Positions 60,524-64,000 of a DNA stretch of 64,000 nucleotides are shown here, piece by piece. The notes under the pieces are model-generated. The model saw nothing but the letters and a program-made list of their open reading frames with translations. It had not been told where the DNA came from and did no database searches. The stretch covers positions 640,001 through 704,000 of the forward strand of contig OZ219858.1 in the NCBI GenBank assembly GCA_964291395.2. Reading direction: 5' to 3'. The translations under genes and the position numbers were made by a program. Each line of letters opens with the position of its first letter. The stretch's first letter is position 1. This stretch comes from Alphaproteobacteria bacterium. Lineage in GTDB: Bacteria; Pseudomonadota; Alphaproteobacteria; UBA2966.

Positions 60524-60558
60524 TGACCGCACGCGACCAGAAACTCGGCCTGCAATAG
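60448..60558 (+). pseudogene. C-terminal remnant of an excisionase-like HTH protein
   Basis: RRVRAEDILAWRRETELRRREAIDGLTARDQKLGLQ-stop, directly upstream of a PIN start. Confidence 0.65.
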
Positions 60559-60561
60559 GCG

Positions 60562-60723
60562 ATGGCCGGACCGACGGCGTTGCTGGATGCCAACGTGCTC
60601 TATCCGGCCGGTCTTCGCGGCGTAGGAGTTCCGGTTTTGCTTCCGGTGCCGGCGGCTCCTCGGGAGGTGACATACGAGGCCGGCGCCGCTTCGGGAACGA
60701 GCGTGATCGTCTGCGGGACTTTC
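60562..60723 (+). pseudogene. Internally deleted PIN-domain gene
   Basis: MAGPTALLDANVLYPAGLR, later AASGTSVIV followed out of frame by LRDF. Confidence 0.65.
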
Positions 60724-62432
60724 AGCCGCCGTCGCGGCACCCCGAGCCGGCGTGCCGGGCCTCGAGGGCCGCTTCTCGCGCCTCGGTCAGCGTCGTGCGG
60801 GTTGTAATCGCCTCGGGATCCATGCGGATGTCGAGGACCGCGGCGCGGCCGCAAGCCAGCGCGTCCTCGAAGGCGGGAGCGAAATCCTCCGTCCGTTCGA
60901 TGGCGGCGGCCGAAAGCGCCGAAGCTCTCGGCATACTTGGCAAAATCCGGATTGGTCAGATCCGTACCGCTGATGCGGCCGGGAAACTGCTTCTCCTGAT
61001 GCAGCCGAATGGTCCCGTAGATGCCGTTGTTGAACACCAGGATGAGCGGCGCGACCTCGTGGTGAATGGCAGTGGCCAACTCGTTGCCGGTCATCATGAA
61101 TCCACCGTCGCCGACAAACGAGACCACAGGCCGGTCCGGCGCCACGAGCTTGGCCGCGATGCCCGCGGGCACGCCGTATCCCATGGCGCCATTCGCGGGG
61201 CCCAACAACGTGCGGAAGCGGGTGAACTGGTAGAACCGTTGCGGCCAGCCGGAGAAATTGCCCGCATCGACCGTGATAATGGCGTCCTGAGGCAGCCGGG
61301 TACGCACCGTATCCATCACCCGATAGAGATCGACGGTTCCGGGAGACGCCACCGCCTCGAGCGTCTCGAGATAGTCACGGCGGGCGGCCTCGACCCAATC
61401 GCCCCAAGCCGTCCACTCGACGGGCTCCAACGTCCTGACCGCGGCCGCGAATTCGGCCACGGAAGCCACGATCGCGAGATCCGGCCGATAGACCCGGCCG
61501 ATCTCGTTGGCGTCGGGGTAGACGTGGACGAGCGTGGCTTGGGGACGAGGCGGCTGCAACAGCGTGTAGCCTTCGGTTGTGACGTCGCCGAGGCGGGTGC
61601 CCACCGCGAGAACGAAGTCGGCCTGCCGCAGGCGTTCGGAGACCTTCGGATCCTTTGCATAAGCCAGGTCGCCCGCATAGGACGGATGATGGTTGCTGAG
61701 CAGGTCCTGGCGCCGGAAATCCACCAGGGTCGGGATGTGGTTCGCCTTGGCGAAGGCGGCCAGGTCGTCGCAGGCTTCCGCCGTCCACCCGCCGCCGCCG
61801 AGGATCATGAGAGGCCGTTTGGCGCGCGCCAGCAGCTCATGCAGGCGGCGTAGCTCCATCCGGCCCGGATAGCCAGGCTCTGGCATGGCGGGCTCGACAT
61901 CGGCCACCACCGCGGTTTCCCGCTGCATGTCTTCCGGAATGGCCAGGACCACGGGGCCGGGACGTCCCGAGCGCGCCGTATGGAACGCGCGGGACACGAA
62001 CTCGGGCATGCGGGCAGGATCGTCGATCTGGGCCGCCCATTTGGCGGTCCAGCCGAACATCCGTTCGACATCGACCTCCTGAAATGCCTCGCGCCCGACA
62101 AACGGGCGGGGCACCTGGCCCACGAACATCACCAGGGGCGTGGAATCCTGGTGGGCGATATGCACGCCGACGCTGGCGTGACAGGCGCCCGGGCCCCGCG
62201 TGACGAAGCAGACGCCCGGATTGCCCGTCATCTTGCCGTAGGCTTCCGCCATGTTCGCGGCGCCGGCCTCGTGCCGGCACGTCATGAAGCGGATGCTCGG
62301 GGCGTCGTAGATGTTATCGAGGACTTCGAGATAGCTCTCGCCCGGGACGCCGAACGCCATGTCGACGCCGTGCGTCTTCAGGGCGTCGACGAGGATTCGG
62401 CCACCGGTTCGTGCCTGTAGTGCCTGCGCCAC
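60722..62432 (-). pseudogene. TPP-dependent enzyme (acetolactate synthase large subunit-like) with a one-base insertion near 60908
   Basis: FGVPGESYL, RHEAGA, TRGPG, GAMGYGVPA, GDGG..NN; the natural C-terminus (AAIERTEDFAPAFEDAL..DPEAIT) is in another frame ending at 60722. Confidence 0.85.
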
Positions 62433-62528
62433 GGGGTCTCCTTTTTCGGGCTAGCGGCCCGGCATCCTGGGCAATGGGACCGGGCAGGTCAGCATGATCG
62501 AGTCCGCGTCCGGTGATATGGTGCCGGC

Positions 62529-63305
62529 ATGAGGCTGAGCGGAATCGCCTTGCAGATATTGCTGATTGCGGGCGCTCCCGCCTTCGCCGCCGACGCCTTG
62601 GTCCCGGGCGGGACGGCCAAGGTCTCCGAAATCGTCGACGGGGACACGCTGGTGCTCGATGACGGACGTCAAGTGCGCCTCGTCGGGATTCAGGCTCCCA
62701 AACTGCCGCTCGGCCGGGCACGCGTCAAGCTTCAGCCCCTCGCCAACGAAGCGAAAGCAGCGCTCGCGGAGCTGACCCTGGGACGCACGGTCCGGCTCTC
62801 GTTCGGGGGTCAGCGTATCGACCGGTATAGTCGCCAACTCGCCCACCTTCACGACGAAGACGGGCGTTGGATCCAGGGAGATCTCCTGCTTCGCGGCCTC
62901 GCACGGGTCTACAGCTTTCGCGACAACCGGTCGCTGGTCGCCGATATGCTGACGCTGGAGCGCGAGGCTCGGCAGGCGCACCGGGGCATCTGGGATCACC
63001 CCTTCTATCGGGTGCGGAGCGTTTCCGAGACCCCTCGGCATCTGGATTCGTTCCAGCTGGTGGAAGGACGCGTGCTGGATGCGGCGGAGGTGCGGGGGCG
63101 AACCTACCTGAATTTCGGAGAAGATTGGCGGACCGACTTCACCGTCACCATATCTCCAAGAGACCGTCGGCGGTTCCGGAAGGAGCCCTTCGACTTGCTG
63201 GCGTTGGAAGGCCGCAGGGTTCGAGTACGCGGTTGGCTCTATCGGCGAAATGGACCCATGATCGACGTTACGCATCCCGAACAGATCGAACTCCTGGCAG
63301 AATGA
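62529..63305 (+). CDS. Exported thermonuclease (SNase) family protein
   Basis: Signal peptide, IVDGDTL, VRLVGIQAP, DRYSRQLA, GLARV, EARQAHRGIW. Confidence 0.9.
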   Translation: MRLSGIALQILLIAGAPAFAADALVPGGTAKVSEIVDGDTLVLDDGRQVRLVGIQAPKLPLGRARVKLQPLANEAKAALAELTLGRTVRLSFGGQRIDRYSRQLAHLHDEDGRWIQGDLLLRGLARVYSFRDNRSLVADMLTLEREARQAHRGIWDHPFYRVRSVSETPRHLDSFQLVEGRVLDAAEVRGRTYLNFGEDWRTDFTVTISPRDRRRFRKEPFDLLALEGRRVRVRGWLYRRNGPMIDVTHPEQIELLAE

Positions 63306-63355
63306 AGCGCAGTTGTCCCCCGGTCAGCGGGTCAAGATCGTGATCGAGTAGATAC

Positions 63356-64000
63356 ATGGCACCGCGTGCGTCCCTGGAGTCCCGAATCGTCGATGCCGTC
63401 ATCGAACGAGCCCAATCCGTGGGCTGGGGGAACGTTCGGCTCCACGACGTTGCGGACACCTTGGGCAGGAGTCTGGTAGACGTACGGCGGCATTTCCGAG
63501 ATCTCGACGCGGTCGCGGACGCCTGGTTTGCCCGGGCCGACGCGGCCATGCTCGCCGTTCGGGATCGTCAGGGGTTCGCGGCTCTGACTCCGAAGGAACG
63601 GTTGTCCGCCGTCATGTGGCAATGGCTCGAGTCGCAGTCGGCAGAACGGGAGGTCGTGCGGGACATGCTGGCAGCCAAGCTTTATCCCGGACATCCCCAC
63701 CACAACATCGCCCTCGTTCTGGCGCTATCGAGGACGGTGCAGTGGGTTCGAGAGGCCGCCCACCTGGACGGGGTCGGACGCCGGCGGCAAATCGAGGAAA
63801 TCGGCCTGACTGCGCTCTTCGTGGCGACGGTGGTCCTGTGGTTGCGTGACGAGTCCGAAGGCCAGACCAGGACGCGGCAATTTCTCGAGCGCTCACTCTC
63901 CGGCGCGGATCGGTTGATGGCGGAGTCGTTCGCCAAATCAAGAGACGAAAAGAAAGGGAATTCTGTCCGTAGCGGCCAGCCCGCGGGCAGATCCACCGAA
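63356..64000 (+). CDS. TetR/COQ9-like protein (runs off the right edge)
   Basis: Manual translation MAPRASLESRIVDAVIERAQSVGWGNVRLHDVA..HFRDLDAVADAWFARADAAML..LWLRDESEGQTRTRQFL; no stop in the window. Confidence 0.75.
   Translation, partial: MAPRASLESRIVDAVIERAQSVGWGNVRLHDVADTLGRSLVDVRRHFRDLDAVADAWFARADAAMLAVRDRQGFAALTPKERLSAVMWQWLESQSAEREVVRDMLAAKLYPGHPHHNIALVLALSRTVQWVREAAHLDGVGRRRQIEEIGLTALFVATVVLWLRDESEGQTRTRQFLERSLSGADRLMAESFAKSRDEKKGNSVRSGQPAGRSTE

Noticed and set aside
57500-60915. Programmed ribosomal frameshifting at the two split genes
   Set aside because: No slippery heptamer or stimulatory structure seen; mutation or sequencing error is simpler.

Overview
GC-rich alphaproteobacterial chromosome segment (Rhodospirillales-like gene order) in two parts. 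From 1 to about 32.6 kb it is housekeeping backbone: ispG, rodZ, lysC, ubiG, grxC, comF, mutT, argJ, secA, accA, xerD, aroK, aroB, corC-like, bolA, J-domain gene, cobS/cobT, rpmB, meaB and tRNA-Arg(CCT), with several short remnants of deleted genes. From about 32.7 kb to the end it is an accessory catabolic region: an LLM monooxygenase, a DddP-like DMSP lyase, a TauD dioxygenase with a NitT/TauT ABC transporter carrying a duplicated permease, a divergent two-subunit Fe-S hydro-lyase, MFS and TRAP transporters, IS256 and ISNCY scraps, pcm, a fluoroacetate dehalogenase-like hydrolase, an MsmAB-like Rieske oxygenase followed by a molybdenum hydroxylase (no ferredoxin or reductase), a decayed excisionase-PIN pair and a frameshifted TPP enzyme. 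The most striking unexplained element is the ~950-bp gap at 50241-51201. It holds an IHF site, three 11-bp-phased DnaA-box-like motifs, a promoter- and terminator-bounded multi-branched RNA of about 190 nt with three UUCG loops that I do not recognise, and a convergent ~90-nt sRNA candidate. All family calls come from motif recognition by eye; no searches were run.
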